Translations under genes and position numbers: made by a program
Part shown: positions 13,699 to 26,321 of the stretch, in pieces
Numbering within the stretch: position 1 is the first letter of the stretch
How the letters are laid out: every line of letters starts with the position of its first letter
Notes under the pieces: generated by a model
The model's database searches: none
What the model was told of the DNA's origin: nothing
The model's input: the letters and a program-made list of their open reading frames with translations, nothing else
DNA from: Octopus sinensis
Lineage: Eukaryota
Length of the DNA: 64,000 bases
Assembly (NCBI RefSeq): GCF_006345805.1
Contig: NC_043005.1
Span: forward strand, 95,418,001 to 95,482,000
Reading direction: 5' to 3'

Positions 13699-13791
13699 CC
13701 TTTCTTTCCTGATGAGAAGATTGCATAATGCACCCTTTATTCCTTTGGAATGAAAACATGTTGTCTTCGAAACATATGTCGAGAGTAAAGG
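13699..13791 (+). ncRNA. Canonical type I hammerhead ribozyme in PLE 5' pseudo-LTR
   Basis: CTGATGA at 13709-13715, stem II gaaga/tcttc, GAAA at 13769-13772 and palindromic stem III ACATATGT. GUC cleavage triplet ends at 13780. Stem I is cctttctttc/gagagtaaagg. Confidence 0.88.
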
Positions 13792-14042
13792 AATTTTGTT
13801 AACATCTTCGTTCGACTCCATTCTTTCATTTATTCATATACAACACACAAATTTCTGCACATGAACCCGGAGTTTCTATCCTTGACAGATCGCTTTAACC
13901 GTGTTTCTGACGGGAATTTGCTACCCAGGTTTTGGTTAAACGAATTTTCCATGCTGACGATAAACATAGGATAATTCATTCACCTATTTAAATATTCTCA
14001 TACAGTTTCCCTGAGAACCTGTTAACATAACCGATACCGCAA

Positions 14043-15398
14043 ATGGAGTTGTTCAATATTAACGCCTCCATTAAGGATATCCCAATACCACCGAAAAAAG
14101 CCTTCCTTAAGGAAATTATTAACAAGACCAATGCATTTATCATCCGCATCAGATGGCTCGCCTTCTTCCACGACAATGAGGACCTAAAACGGACCAGTAA
14201 CGACGTCTCCCTTGAATATAAAAAACTATTTAAATCGAGGGGAACTCCTCCACCTAATCCTAGATTGAAGAAATTCGAAGATGATCTTTGGGACATCGTA
14301 AAGAATATTAAATTTCATAAATCACCCCTCAGGAATAAGCACCTCAGATACCTCGATAACGTCTCTAGAGATATAAACAGCTTGGATTCTATCCTGGTCC
14401 AATCAGATAAAACCGGCAACATTTATAAGCTTACCAAGAGCCATTATTTGGAACTGCTCGAAAAGGTGATACATAAGAATTACAGGACCACCAGTAGGAA
14501 TACTTCCAGACAGGCCAACTTAGAAACTAAACAGATTATGGAAACTTACGGATTACAGATGAAGACGGAACCATTGAACCCTAGGCAACCCAGATTCATC
14601 TTAAAAGCCCACAAGCATAACTTTCATACTAACCCAGCATTGCGGCTCATATACCCTTCCAGTTCAGACATCGGTACCCTTAGTAAATACATATTAGATA
14701 AGTATATCCCTACATTAATTAATAAATTAAAACTTAGCTTATGGTCCAGTTCTGTTCAAGTCGTAGATTGGTTTACTTCTATTACTGATAAGGCCAACAC
14801 TAAATTTATCCAATTCGATATATCTAGTTTCTATTCTTCAATCAACCCTATTATACTTAATAAGGCCCTATGGAACGCACACAATAAGGCAGGCCTCTCC
14901 AGGGAGGAAATTAGTGTGATATTGACTGCTAGGAAATCTTTCATCCAGTTCGATAGCAAGTTGTGGGTCCGTAGAGATACCCCTAATGCGTTTGATGTAC
15001 TAATGGGAAGTACAGACAGCGCCCAGATAGCCGATTTGGTCGGGATTTATATTCTTTATGAAATGGCCGACCAATTCCCGGACATCTGTGGAGGTCTTTA
15101 TCGCGACGATTGTCTGCTTTTCCTCCAAAACGTTTCGAACCAAAAAATACAGAAGGTTAAGAACAGATTAGTTAGGTTTTTTAGTAGAATGGGCTTGCGC
15201 ATAGTTTTTGACGATGAATTAACCAAAGCCAACTTCTTAGACATTACCCTCAATTTGCAGAATAACTCATACTTCCCTTATCATAAACCTTCCACAAATC
15301 TTAAATATATTAGCATTTTCAGTAATCATGCCAGGCCAATTACCGATAATTTAGTTAAAAACATATCTCTGAGACTGTCCAAATGTCGACATCTTTAA
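14043..15398 (+). CDS. PLE reverse transcriptase
   Basis: Motifs IKDIPIP..FIIRIRWLAFF, SDKTGN, KAHK..F..NP..RLI, QFDISSFYSSI, FDVLMGSTDSAQIADLVG, GLYRDD, NFLDITLNL and SNHA. A small deletion shifts the frame at ~15382. Confidence 0.92.
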   Translation: MELFNINASIKDIPIPPKKAFLKEIINKTNAFIIRIRWLAFFHDNEDLKRTSNDVSLEYKKLFKSRGTPPPNPRLKKFEDDLWDIVKNIKFHKSPLRNKHLRYLDNVSRDINSLDSILVQSDKTGNIYKLTKSHYLELLEKVIHKNYRTTSRNTSRQANLETKQIMETYGLQMKTEPLNPRQPRFILKAHKHNFHTNPALRLIYPSSSDIGTLSKYILDKYIPTLINKLKLSLWSSSVQVVDWFTSITDKANTKFIQFDISSFYSSINPIILNKALWNAHNKAGLSREEISVILTARKSFIQFDSKLWVRRDTPNAFDVLMGSTDSAQIADLVGIYILYEMADQFPDICGGLYRDDCLLFLQNVSNQKIQKVKNRLVRFFSRMGLRIVFDDELTKANFLDITLNLQNNSYFPYHKPSTNLKYISIFSNHARPITDNLVKNISLRLSKCRHL

Positions 15399-16302
15399 CC
15401 AAAAGGCAGACTTCTATAACGCCGCCTTGTTAAGAGCCGGTTATAAGGAGAAAGTGTTATACATCGACTCAGCTCATTCTAAACCAACATCTGCTTCTCC
15501 AGATAGCAAAGTTACTCGTAATAGGAATAATGATTCCAATTCTAATAGTGCCAGCAACCCTGTACATAAAATAAATTCTTTACGGATTAGGGGAGATAAG
15601 CGCCATGCAACCCCAAATTTCCAACCCAGAAATTTTCCTCTTACTATCACAAATAACACTAAAAACAATTCAAAGGCCACAAAAAACTGTATCTGGTTCG
15701 TAATACCTTTCGGAAAACAAATTAAATCGAACCTTCCCTTACAGTTCCGTGAAGCCGTTGCTAAGAACTTTCCCAGAAATTCTAGATATCATTCTATTAT
15801 CAATTCTCACAAGGTCAGAATCGCTTTCTCTAACACTAGGAATCTTTCACAAATTATAGCTTCCCACAATACCAAGCTGCTAAACAAAGATTCTTCACCC
15901 GGGAGTTCCAACACTAATCTTGATCATTCCAACCCATCATACAATCATAATAATAGGAATAGTATTAATAGTAACAGCATTGGTAGCAGCGAAAGTGTTA
16001 ACAATGATAATATTAATAATAGTATTAGTCGTGTTAATAACAATGGTAGTGTTGATGGTAACAACAATAACGGTATTATTGTCGGTGGTATTACTGGTTG
16101 TAGTACCATTAATAATACTAATAATAATAATAGAAATAGTGTAGTTGTTAGCGCTAATAATAATAGTAACAACAATCATAACAATAAAAACTTCGTTTCG
16201 ATCTCGGAGGACAACCCCAACAGAATTAAATTTTTGTCTAGTAATTCTAAGATTAAAAATACTATTTACCAGTGTAGAATTTCTTCCGGTACCGATGTCT
16301 TC

Positions 16303-16310
<8 letters not shown>
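15382..16310 (+). CDS. PLE linker and truncated GIY-YIG (continuation after frameshift)
   Basis: NVDIFNQKADFYNAAL.RAGY, CIWFVIPFGKQIKSN, an Asn-rich insert, then NTIYQC...FFYI, which runs into (TA)n. Confidence 0.85.
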
Positions 16311-16342
<32 letters not shown>

Positions 16343-16344
16343 TA

Positions 16345-16725
16345 AATGTTCGACTATATTATATTGTAAATCGAAAGATTTGTCCTTCAATGTATGATGA
16401 GTAAAGTTTCAGCCATTTAATTTGGGGGAGAACTTAGCTATGAACTATTTTTCCATATTCCTCCTGAAAGAGGTGTCGTTCTTCGGACATTTGTAGAAGG
16501 GAAAGATCTTAAATTTTCCTTCTCCACACGTAGCTAGATGTGTACTTAGTGGTATTTTGCGTAGTTCTTCCTGCCGAATATGTTGTCGGTGAATCCTGGC
16601 TCGCTGGCACAAAGAATTACCAGTTTCACCTACGTAATTCTCCTTGCACGTAGGGCAGGTTATGCAGTATATGACGTTCTGCGTCTTGCAGTTCATATCT
16701 GCATTTACTTTGAATATGTCACCAC
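16345..16725 (-). mobile_element. GIY-YIG endonuclease fragment of a second PLE type (Neptune-like, CxxC within GIY-YIG)
   Basis: MNCKTQNVIYCITCPTCKENYVGETG...RIHRQHIR...LSTHL..C. Confidence 0.85.
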
Positions 16726-16979
16726 ATACACATACACATACACACATGTTCTCTCTCTCACTTTCCCCTCATCCACCTCACCCTCTTGTGCTGTCTTGTT
16801 CCTCCCCACCACTACGAAACTCTATAAAATGATTCAAATTCCCCACAAAGGAATTATTTTGATTTAAAAACCCCACTAGAATGGGAGAAAGCGCTAATGA
16901 TCTAAGTGATATGATATATATGTAAAAAAATGTAATATATAAATAAATATCTGTAAATATAAACCATCCGATCTTCTGA

Positions 16980-17034
16980 TTACCTCATTTCTTCTAATAT
17001 ATAATACCTGTACATCATCTCCAAACCTTCCAAT

Positions 17035-17072
<38 letters not shown>

Positions 17073-17775
17073 TTATATATATATATTATATATATATATA
17101 TCATCTCCAAACCTTCCAATATATATATATATTATATATATATATATATATATATTATTGGAAGGTTTGGAGATGATGTACAGGTATTATATATTAGAAG
17201 AAATGAGGTAAGGCCCTAATCAGTACCAATATTGCTAGAAATAAGAGTCAAAACTACTCAATAGCCACAGAAGCACTATCTCTGTGACTAATAAGGGAGG
17301 CAAGCTCCCTACAGCAGCAGACATAGCCAGATCATCGATGATTTCCCATTTTGATGCCTACACATCTTAATGCTTATCCGCTGGCTCTTACTGCACCTAG
17401 GGCTAAACCCAGCTCGCCTTGTCAGCTTTTAAGATTTCCATTGGAATTATTTACTGATTTCATCGATAATTGGCTATATCTGCTGTCATAGGGAATTTAC
17501 CTCCCTTGTCAGTCATTAAAATAGTGCGTCTGTGGCTAATGAGTTGTTTTGACTCTTATTTCTAGCAATACTGGTACTGATTAGGGCCTTTTACCACTTT
17601 AGCACGTTAGTGACTTATATATTTCGGCATTTAGGTTATAAAACCGCCAATTAGACAGCCATATCATTTATAATTTTCACTTTTAACCTTATGTGAAATC
17701 AATGTATGATTTCAACAGAAATCTTATAAGTTGACAAGGCGAACTGAATTTAACCCCAGGCGCAGTAAGAGCCAC
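16980..17775. repeat. Complex fold-back element around (TA)n
   Basis: Three inverted pairs: 16980-17034 vs ~17156-17211, 17211-17340 vs 17460-17590, and ~17372-17450 vs ~17705-17772. Confidence 0.8.
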
Positions 17776-18336
17776 CGATGTGTGTGTGTGTGTGTGTGTC
17801 ACTCCGACAACTTGACAACCGGTGTTAATTTGTTTACGTCTCTGTAACTTTGCGACTCGGCTAAAGAGACCGATAGCCTGTCAAGGCGGTTCCCCAGCAC
17901 GGCCGCAGAGTGATGACTAAAACAAATGCAAGACAAAAGATCTTTCCTTTTCCGCGTTTTTTGTTATTTATTCACTCATTTATTTATTTCTATTTGTTCA
18001 GAATACAACATCATCCATGTTATCGATACAGATATATTTTCAATATTGATTTTGTTTAGTCAGTATGCTTACAGATTGCCATTGTGTAAACAATAGTAAT
18101 TATGTATTGATATTCTATCCCCCTCGACAAACATACAATTGCATATATGCTTGCTATAACAATGTACATCAGAAGAGAAACATTGAGACAATGAGCGTTA
18201 ATACAAACGTTATATGCCATAGGCCGTCAACACAGCCGACATTGACAATCATACCCAAAGGGCTTAAAGGCATGTTTAATGCTCACTTATAAAATATAGG
18301 CTTCATACCATGCTGCTTATTAAAAAAACATATATC

Positions 18337-18497
18337 GCAGGAGTGGCTGTGTGGTAAGTAGCTTGCTAACAAACCACATGGTTCTGGGTTCAGTCCCACT
18401 GCGTGGCATCTTGGGCAAGTGTCTTCTGCTATAGCCCCGGGCCGACCAATGCCTTGTGAGTGAATTTGGTAGACGGAAACTGAAAGAAGCCTGTCGT

Positions 18498-18532
<35 letters not shown>

Positions 18533-18752
18533 TTGTGTGTCTGTGTTTGTCTCCCTAGCATTGCTTGACAACCGATGCTGGTGTGTTTATGTCCCCGTCA
18601 CTTAGCGGTTCGGCAAAAAGAGATCGATAGAATAAGTACTGGGCTTACAAAAAGAATAAGTCCCGGGGTCGAGTTGCTCGACTAAAGGCGGTGCTCCAGC
18701 ATGGCCGCAGTCAAATGACTGAAACAAGTAAAAGAGTAAAAGAGTAAAAGAG
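18337..18752 (+). mobile_element. tRNA-derived SINE family A (full length)
   Basis: A-box-like tggctgtgtggtaag, B-box-like gggttcagtccc, cttgggcaag segment, internal (TA)(TG) tract and (gtaaaaga)n tail. Several copies occur in the window. Confidence 0.88.
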
Positions 18753-18840
18753 TATCTGTCTAATGTAACGATGGATTTTTCATGTGTGTGTGTGTGTGTG
18801 TGTGTGTTTGTGGGTGTGGTATACACACACACACACACGC

Positions 18841-18841
<1 letters not shown>

Positions 18842-18896
<55 letters not shown>

Positions 18897-18932
18897 GTAG
18901 GGAGGTAGGTAGATAGATAGATAGATAGATAG

Positions 18933-18982
<50 letters not shown>

Positions 18983-19036
18983 TATATAGATAGATAGATA
19001 GTAGGTAGGTAGGTAGGTAGGAGGTAGGTAGGTAGG

Positions 19037-19127
<91 letters not shown>
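18842..19127. repeat. (AGAT)n/(AGGT)n compound microsatellite
   Basis: Direct reading. Confidence 0.97.
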
Positions 19128-19129
<2 letters not shown>

Positions 19130-19689
19130 AACTTACTTGGAAAAGGATGCGTGGCGTTCGATCATATAATAATCTAAATAATATATAAATATATGCATAT
19201 ATACATACATATATGTACATACCTACATATATATGTATATATACATACATATATGGGTACAGGACATCAAAAAAACGTGGAACACAATGAGAAACGAAAA
19301 CATAAAAACAAAAACATAGAAACGAACTTTTTCAAACAACGAAAAAACGAAAGAAACAGAGAAACAAGACATACAACACAAGGAATATTCCCCTTCTTCA
19401 GTTGTCCCTGTTTCATCTACTCCGCGTTTCGACATATATATATATATAGATAGATAGATAGATAGATAGATACAAATATATACACACACATACATGCCCA
19501 CATACATATACATACATGTGTGTGCGTGTGTGTGTTATTGTGTGTGACATTGTTGAATTGTAATGGCTTATTGTTGTCGTATGTATGTTTCAAGTATAAT
19601 TGAAAAGGCTGTTACAGAAATAGTCAACGTTTAAAGTTCGTGGCTGGAAAGTTTCATAACATTGGTTAACGTTCTCTTCTTAAATCGGA

Positions 19690-21250
19690 GGTCAGTCGTG
19701 TAAAGCAAGACAGGCGACAGGTGATTGTCGACACAAATCTACCTGAGGTGTTCAGTAAATCATTTGGCTTTATCTCTGGCCAGTTTATCCACTTCAAGCT
19801 GATGCACATAATGTGTAGTTTAAGCAACGTATGAGGTTCTTGTCACAACTGATGAAACAGTCAGATACGGAAGGAGTGATTTTTAGGTCTGCATGTGTGG
19901 TGGTGTTGGTGAAAAAGCAATAAGTCTAATAACAAGGACAGAAACAGCGAGAAAATCCAGATTGGCTACGTTTATTTGAGAGAAGAATTATGGAATAATA
20001 AAATCCCGTAGACTGCAAACACGCTTATAAGGAGAAGCAGATTGGAGAAGTGCTGAGAAGCAGAGGGATCAGATTGGAGGACAGGGAAATGTCATACGAT
20101 TTTGCACTGGAGAAGCAGGGCGCAGGAATTGAGGAGGGGGGGGGAGAAATTAACCAGTTTTGATACCGATACGGATGAAAGAATAATTGTGCGATTGACT
20201 TCAAGGATGCGGGTGAGGACAGCTTAGACTAGGGTGGGGGTATCTTGTTATTTGTGTTGTGCAAGGAACTATAACATGCATTGAAACTGTGTCATGATCG
20301 TAGCTACAGAGACGGTGGAGCCGAAGGAATTGGGAGCAGAGGGTTGCAAGCGGAGACTATTGGATATCTGGGGCTGTTAAGTTTATGGGACTTGGTGGAG
20401 ATTCGGGTAGTGCAGACGATGAAAGTGGACGTGATGGGAAGAGGGGAACGAGGGTGAGATGAGTTAAAGTTGATGTTGATGTTTAAGTAGAAGTCAGTAG
20501 ATTTGTAGGAGATAGCAGTAGCAGTTGGAATGGTCGAGGGTAAGAAATGTGAAGGATGCTGACACAAGTAAGGGGATGGGGGAGAGAATACAAGAGTGGA
20601 ACAGAAAGAGTTGATAAAAGAAATGGAGTTTATTTGTTCAATGGAAAGAGAAGTGGCATCGATATAGTCATCTGTAACTGCTGTATAGGTTTGTCGCGGG
20701 TTCAGTGAACTGTAAGAATATGTGTTTCAACGTAGCCAACAAACAAATGGCTGTATAGTGACGGTCTTACTCTAGACCGCGTAGCTACTCCAGTGGCCTA
20801 TTGTTGATCTCACGGAAAAAGGAGAGCACTTGAGTGAGGACGAATTCGTTAAGGGTTAGGTATAAAGCTCCAGAATGGAGCGGTGTTCAAGAAGGTTTAA
20901 TAGCGCAGAAACCAACATTGGAAAGGGTGATGATACACAGAGATCTTATGACCACAATGAATTGTCAGGAGGAACAAATAAGTAAGCGGAAAGAGTTAAA
21001 GAGGTGGAGAGCGTGGAGAGCGTGGCTGGTGCCAAAGGTTTGGGAGAGAAGGGTAGCATCCAAAGGAAAAAGAATGCGGTCGAAGTACTTCGGAAATGAC
21101 TTAGGTAGGAGAGTTGCAAGTAGAGACGATTGGATAGCCGGGGCTGTTAGGTTTATGGGGCTTGGTGAAGATTCAGGGAGTGCAGACGATGAAGGTTGAC
21201 GTGATGGGAATGGGAGGAACGAGAATGAGATGAGTTAAAGATGTTGATAG
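19690..21250 (-). mobile_element. Degenerate Neptune-like PLE (RT and EN remnants, partial internal duplication)
   Basis: A K.HK.NSP.YPIVS.CN motif occurs twice (~20340-20400 and ~21115-21165). GIY-YIG-like remnants (..NLI.C...C...G.TG...FTEHLR) lie at ~19740-19890. Many stops. Confidence 0.6.
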
Positions 21251-21622
21251 CGACGTGGAATCGAAAGATATTAGGCAATAGAAGAGTTACATCTTTTACC
21301 CTATATGAACTTTTCAAGTAAACAGCAAGCGTATGCTAATATTGTTCTCTGTGTCTTATCTCTGTCTGCAATACTTTAATAGTGGCATCTAGTTTATATG
21401 AAATGCTAGTTATAACTAGCATTGCATATGTGTATATGTATGCGAGTATATATATATATATATGTGTGTGCGTGTGTGCATAAATATATGTTGATAGATA
21501 GATATAATTATACATATCCATAAGTATATATGCATACACACATATATTGTGCATATACTTATATATAAACATAAGTATACATGTATGCCTGTATATAGAT
21601 ATGTGTGTGTGTCTGTGTGTAT

Positions 21623-21666
<44 letters not shown>

Positions 21667-22228
21667 GTGTGTGTGTGTGTGTCCGTGCGTGCTCGCGCGT
21701 CGTTTAGCTTTCCTTCAGCAAGTAGTCTATGCGAAAAATACACGTCGCGTGTGTGGATCTTATGAAGGTCAATAACGAAAGAGGAGGAGCGAAGGGTGTT
21801 GTGTTGTGTCCTTGATGCTAACTATCACGTTGTTTTATAGCTTCGGCAGAATTTAGGCCAAGAACTGCAACATGAACTCATAGGCACACACACACACACA
21901 CACACATTACTCAACGACAAATACCCATAAACACACGTACACGAGTACACGTAGAGGTAAACAAAAGAATGTACCAAAATGTGCGTAAATATAAACACGT
22001 GTCAGTCTGAAAGGTCAAAATTCCGAGTATTCCTTTAGAAAAATCGAAAGATTAAATAAATGTTGAGATAATGTAGCACTGTTTAAATAATGAACTGTCC
22101 CTCGGTGTTGTTTTAGGGGTAACTTCAGAGCAAGAGTCAACGTTCTGTCCCTTAGTTGAAATTTTGAAAAGGGCAGGCTGAGCAGCAAGGAGAGGAAATG
22201 CGATGTAGTGAGAAATGCAGAGAGGTGT

Positions 22229-22297
<69 letters not shown>

Positions 22298-22668
22298 ATG
22301 GATGGATGGATGGATGGATGGATGGATGGATGGATGTACGTACGTATGTATGCATGCATGCATGTATATGTATGCGTATTTTCTCTCTAACTACGGACCA
22401 AGAGTGTGAAGAGACATAAAATTTGTGGGTGGAGAGAGAGAGAGAGAGAGGGGTGGGGCAGAAAGTTGGAAAGATAAATGAACTGAAATACCCACAGGAG
22501 AAAAGAGGTAGGTGTGTGTATGTGTGTGTGTGTGTGTGCCCGCGCATGTATAAACAGTTGTGGGACATTCAATTTATCTATCTACACACGCACACACACA
22601 CACATACATTAATATTTCTCGTTCAGGGAAATTTAGAAATTATAACATTTCTATTTATATATATATAT

Positions 22669-23050
22669 GCAGGAGTGGCTGTGTGGTAAGTAGCTTGCTA
22701 ACCAACCACATGGTTCCGGGTTCAGTCCCACTGCGTGGCATCTTGGGCAAGTGTCTTCTGCTATAGCCCCGGGCCGACCAATGCCTTGTGAGTGGATTTG
22801 GTAGACGGAAACTGAAAGAAGCCTGTCGTATATATGTATATATATATGTGTGTGTGTGTGTATGTGTTTGTGTGTCTGTGTTTGTCCCCCTAGCATTGCT
22901 TGACAACCGATGCTGGTGTGTTTACGTCCCCTTCACCTAGCGGTTCGGCAAGAGAGACCGATAGAATAAGTACTCGGCTTACAAAGAATAAGTCCCGGTG
23001 CTCCAGCATGGCCGCAGTCAAATGACTGAAACAAGTAAAAGAGTAAAAAG
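22669..23050 (+). mobile_element. SINE family A copy
   Basis: Highly similar to 18337-18752. Confidence 0.88.
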
Positions 23051-23169
23051 TATATATATATATATATATATAGATATATATATATATATATAGATATATA
23101 TAATATATATATAATAGAAAATTAAAATTACTAAGTCTCTCTAACAAGAGATTACGGCAGCGTTACTGG

Positions 23170-23453
23170 AAATTAATAGTTATCGCCATACTAATATGGC
23201 AGTCTTATAAATATAAGACTAAAGCTGTCGCTGATTAGCTCCATGAGGTCATTGCCTTAAGCTAGCTATTTGACACACTGTCTGACTGGCAGGATGAAGC
23301 GGCTGACCTCCCTTGTTCGAAGGTTTTTAAAATGGACTCAGTTTGTGTGTCAAATAGCTAGCTTAAGGCGATGGCCTCATGGAGCTAATCAGCGACAGCT
23401 TTAGTCTTATATTTATAAGACTGCCATATTAATATGGCTATAACTATTAATTT
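23170..23453. repeat. Fold-back element, ~109-bp arms and 66-bp loop, in (TA)n
   Basis: 23170-23278 is the near-perfect reverse complement of 23345-23453. Confidence 0.9.
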
Positions 23454-23650
23454 ATATATATATATATATATATATATCTATATATATATATATATATATA
23501 AAAGAAAAAGAAGAAAGTGGAGAAATTGACATATAGATATTTATTTATTGAAACCAATCCAATTTCGAATAATATCAGACTCACAGAACCTACACACACA
23601 CACACACACACACACCACACACACACACCACATATATATATATATATTAT

Positions 23651-23684
<34 letters not shown>

Positions 23685-23703
23685 ATATACATATATATAT
23701 ATA

Positions 23704-23742
<39 letters not shown>

Positions 23743-23820
23743 TTGTGCGTGTGTATGTGTGTATGTGTGTGTGTGTGATATACACATACCGACATGAGCG
23801 AGAGCGTTTCTTTTACTTAC

Positions 23821-23941
23821 GGGTAGTGTTCATGGCTTTTGCACCCCCTTCGAGACCTATCATATTGATGGCTTTAATGTTCGTCTTGAACTTCACTAAG
23901 TCAATACTTAAGTAAGTGAGGAACACCAGAGGGACGATGTT
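23821..23941 (-). CDS. Candidate host-gene exon (NIVPLVFLTYLSIDLVKFKTNIKAINMIGLEGGAKAMNTT)
   Basis: Acceptor tctttccttcgcag| and donor |gtaagt around an open frame in non-repetitive sequence. Product not recognised. Confidence 0.5.
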
Positions 23942-24436
23942 CTGCGAAGGAAAGACGCGATGTAGTTATTAGTGTGTGGTGGGGGGGGGCACTGGGGTGG
24001 GATTGGGCACTACTGCGGTGATGAGACAAGAGACGAAGAGAAAGGGAGGGAAAGAGAGAGACAGACAGAAGCATAGACAGACAAGTAGAAGACACTTTGA
24101 CAGAGATAGACAGACGTACAGACGTACAGACGGACAGTCAGACGGGCAGAGGGGAGAGGCAATGTTACAGAGAAATAAGGAGACAGATTTATAGAAAGAT
24201 AGAAAGAGAGCGAGAGTAGAAGAAAGAGAACAGAATTGCTGCTGCTGTTGTTGTTGCTGCTGTTGCTGCTGCTGTTGTGTAACCCTTGCTCAGTCTTGAT
24301 CAGGTAATCCCATGATTCGCCTTTCTTTCTCACTCTTTCTCTCTCTCTCTTTCTCTTTCTCTCTCTCTCTTTCTCTCTCTCTCTTTCTCTCTCTCTCTGG
24401 GTCTTTAGTTCTAGACTCAACTTCCATTTAACTGTG

Positions 24437-24477
<41 letters not shown>

Positions 24478-26044
24478 AGTCTGATTTGGCTTTGTCAAGG
24501 AAGTGAGAAGTCAGATCACCTTAATTACTGCTTAATTGGACACGCTGAACTGACGACAGTCATTAGAGCGTCGAAGAGAAACACCTTGCAGGATTTGCTC
24601 CACTCTGGCCAAAACCAACTTTCTTTTTCATCTTACAAGGAATAAGGTACCAATAAATAGCTTGGAGGTATTCCTTCTCTTTCTCTCCCTCCTCACTCTC
24701 TCTCTCCTTCTCTCTATTTTTCCCTCTCACTCTCTCTGTCTTTCTAACTATCTCTCTCTTTCTCTCTTTCTCTTAGACCCCAAGCTAGAGAAGAAGTGAT
24801 GCCACTGCAGATTATTTATGCACAAAAACCCTGATTCTGTCGGCGAAAACCTACGAAACAATAACTCTAAACGTCCTTCTCTCCCACTTTATTCTTCTTG
24901 TTGTTGTTGCTACTGCTGCTGCTGTTTAGCCCTTGGACATCACCGATTCAGCGTACAAATTAACAAACTCATTCTAGACGTGAATATTCCTTTATATTTA
25001 CTATATCTACGATTACATTGTCCAATGTGTTCTTGCCATTCTAAAACAGCGGGAGGTACGCTCTGAAGAAGATTCGGCTAATATTTCTAGCAAGCCGGCC
25101 CGAGAGAGCCTTATAATGGAAAGTGTCTGGTACTTGAAAACCTCATCATTCTGATTATTGATGTTTTATCATAATTAGCTTCACATTAATAATGTAAAAG
25201 ACATTGAGCGCCATACTTTGGAAATTGGTCCCCGACGGAGACTGTAGATACAGGACAATAAATGTTATTGATGTTGTTGTTGGTGGTGGTGGTGGTGGTG
25301 GTGGTGGTGGTGATGGGGGGGGGTGTTCTGATATCGACAATCCTGTGACCGTAGTCATGTGATTATTGTTATTTACTTGCGCTTGTCTCAGCTTTTATCA
25401 TTGTTGTTGCTGCTGTTCAATGGGACAGAGAGAGGGGGGAAGAGCGAGAAGGGGAAGAGGGAGAGAGAAAGAGGGAAAGAAAGCGGGAGAGAGAGGGATG
25501 AGGACAGACAGACAGAGACAGACAGAGGGAGTAAACATGTCACTGACAGATAATGCAGAGTTATCAAGTGTTGACCTAGTTCCGATAGGAAGATCCTGTT
25601 TGTACTATGGGTGGGGGTAGGGGGAATGAGTCTATCTGTACCTACTACATTCATACGCTACTATATATAAGTGTGAGAATTTTTGTTTGCATACATATTT
25701 ATGCCACCAAAACACATGCACATACACATTCATAAACGCACACACACTCATACACACGCACGTGTGTTTGTGTGTGTGTGTATATATATATATGTGTGTG
25801 TGTGTGTGTATATACAAAATAAGAAAATGGAGAAATACATCGAAATCAAATATCAATTACCAGATAATACTCAATCACATACTTTATTAAACCACTACAT
25901 AAGAAACTATAAGGTTAAACATAATAATGCAGGGTAAAACAGTGTACATGAAGGAGTGTATATAAAATAGTAATGTTATACAATAAGTAGAATACGTATA
26001 ATAGAACATAAATATAAGTACACATAAATATAGATATAGACTAT

Positions 26045-26171
26045 ATCTTACAGCTGTTTCGGCCATGTAGATAAGCATGTCTCATTCAACTCATATTAGC
26101 CATTTATGGTAGGTCAATATGTAGTTATAAATGAGACATTTACAAAAACATCCGAAGGCCTCTTCGGAGAT
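26045..26171 (-). ncRNA. Mirror copy of the long-stem-II hammerhead
   Basis: Minus strand reads atct-CCGAAGA-ggcc...ggcc-GAAACAGCTGTA-agat. Stem I atct/agat is intact in this copy. Confidence 0.7.
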
Positions 26172-26194
26172 TGCAAATTAGATTACATATATAT

Positions 26195-26321
26195 ACCTCC
26201 GAAGAGGCCTTAGGATGTTTCTGTAAATGTCTCATTTATAACTACACATTGACCTACCATAAATGGCTAATATGAGTTGAATGAGACATGCTTATCTACA
26301 TGGCCGAAACAGCTGTAAGAT
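26195..26321 (+). ncRNA. Type I hammerhead variant with ~96-nt stem II insertion
   Basis: CCGAAGA at 26199-26205, stem II ggcc...ggcc(26302-26305), GAAA, palindromic stem III ACAGCTGT, GUA triplet ending at 26317, then agat. Confidence 0.7.

Larger units (their letters stand above)
13470..16310 (+). mobile_element. Penelope-like retroelement (C-terminal endonuclease type), 3'-truncated
   Basis: Hammerhead-containing leader, RT ORF, linker, Asn-rich tract and the start of a GIY-YIG domain that ends in (TA)n. The 5' boundary is approximate. Confidence 0.9.

Noticed and set aside
18337-18410. tRNA gene
   Set aside because: A and B boxes are present, but there is no full cloverleaf and the sequence continues into a multi-copy SINE body.
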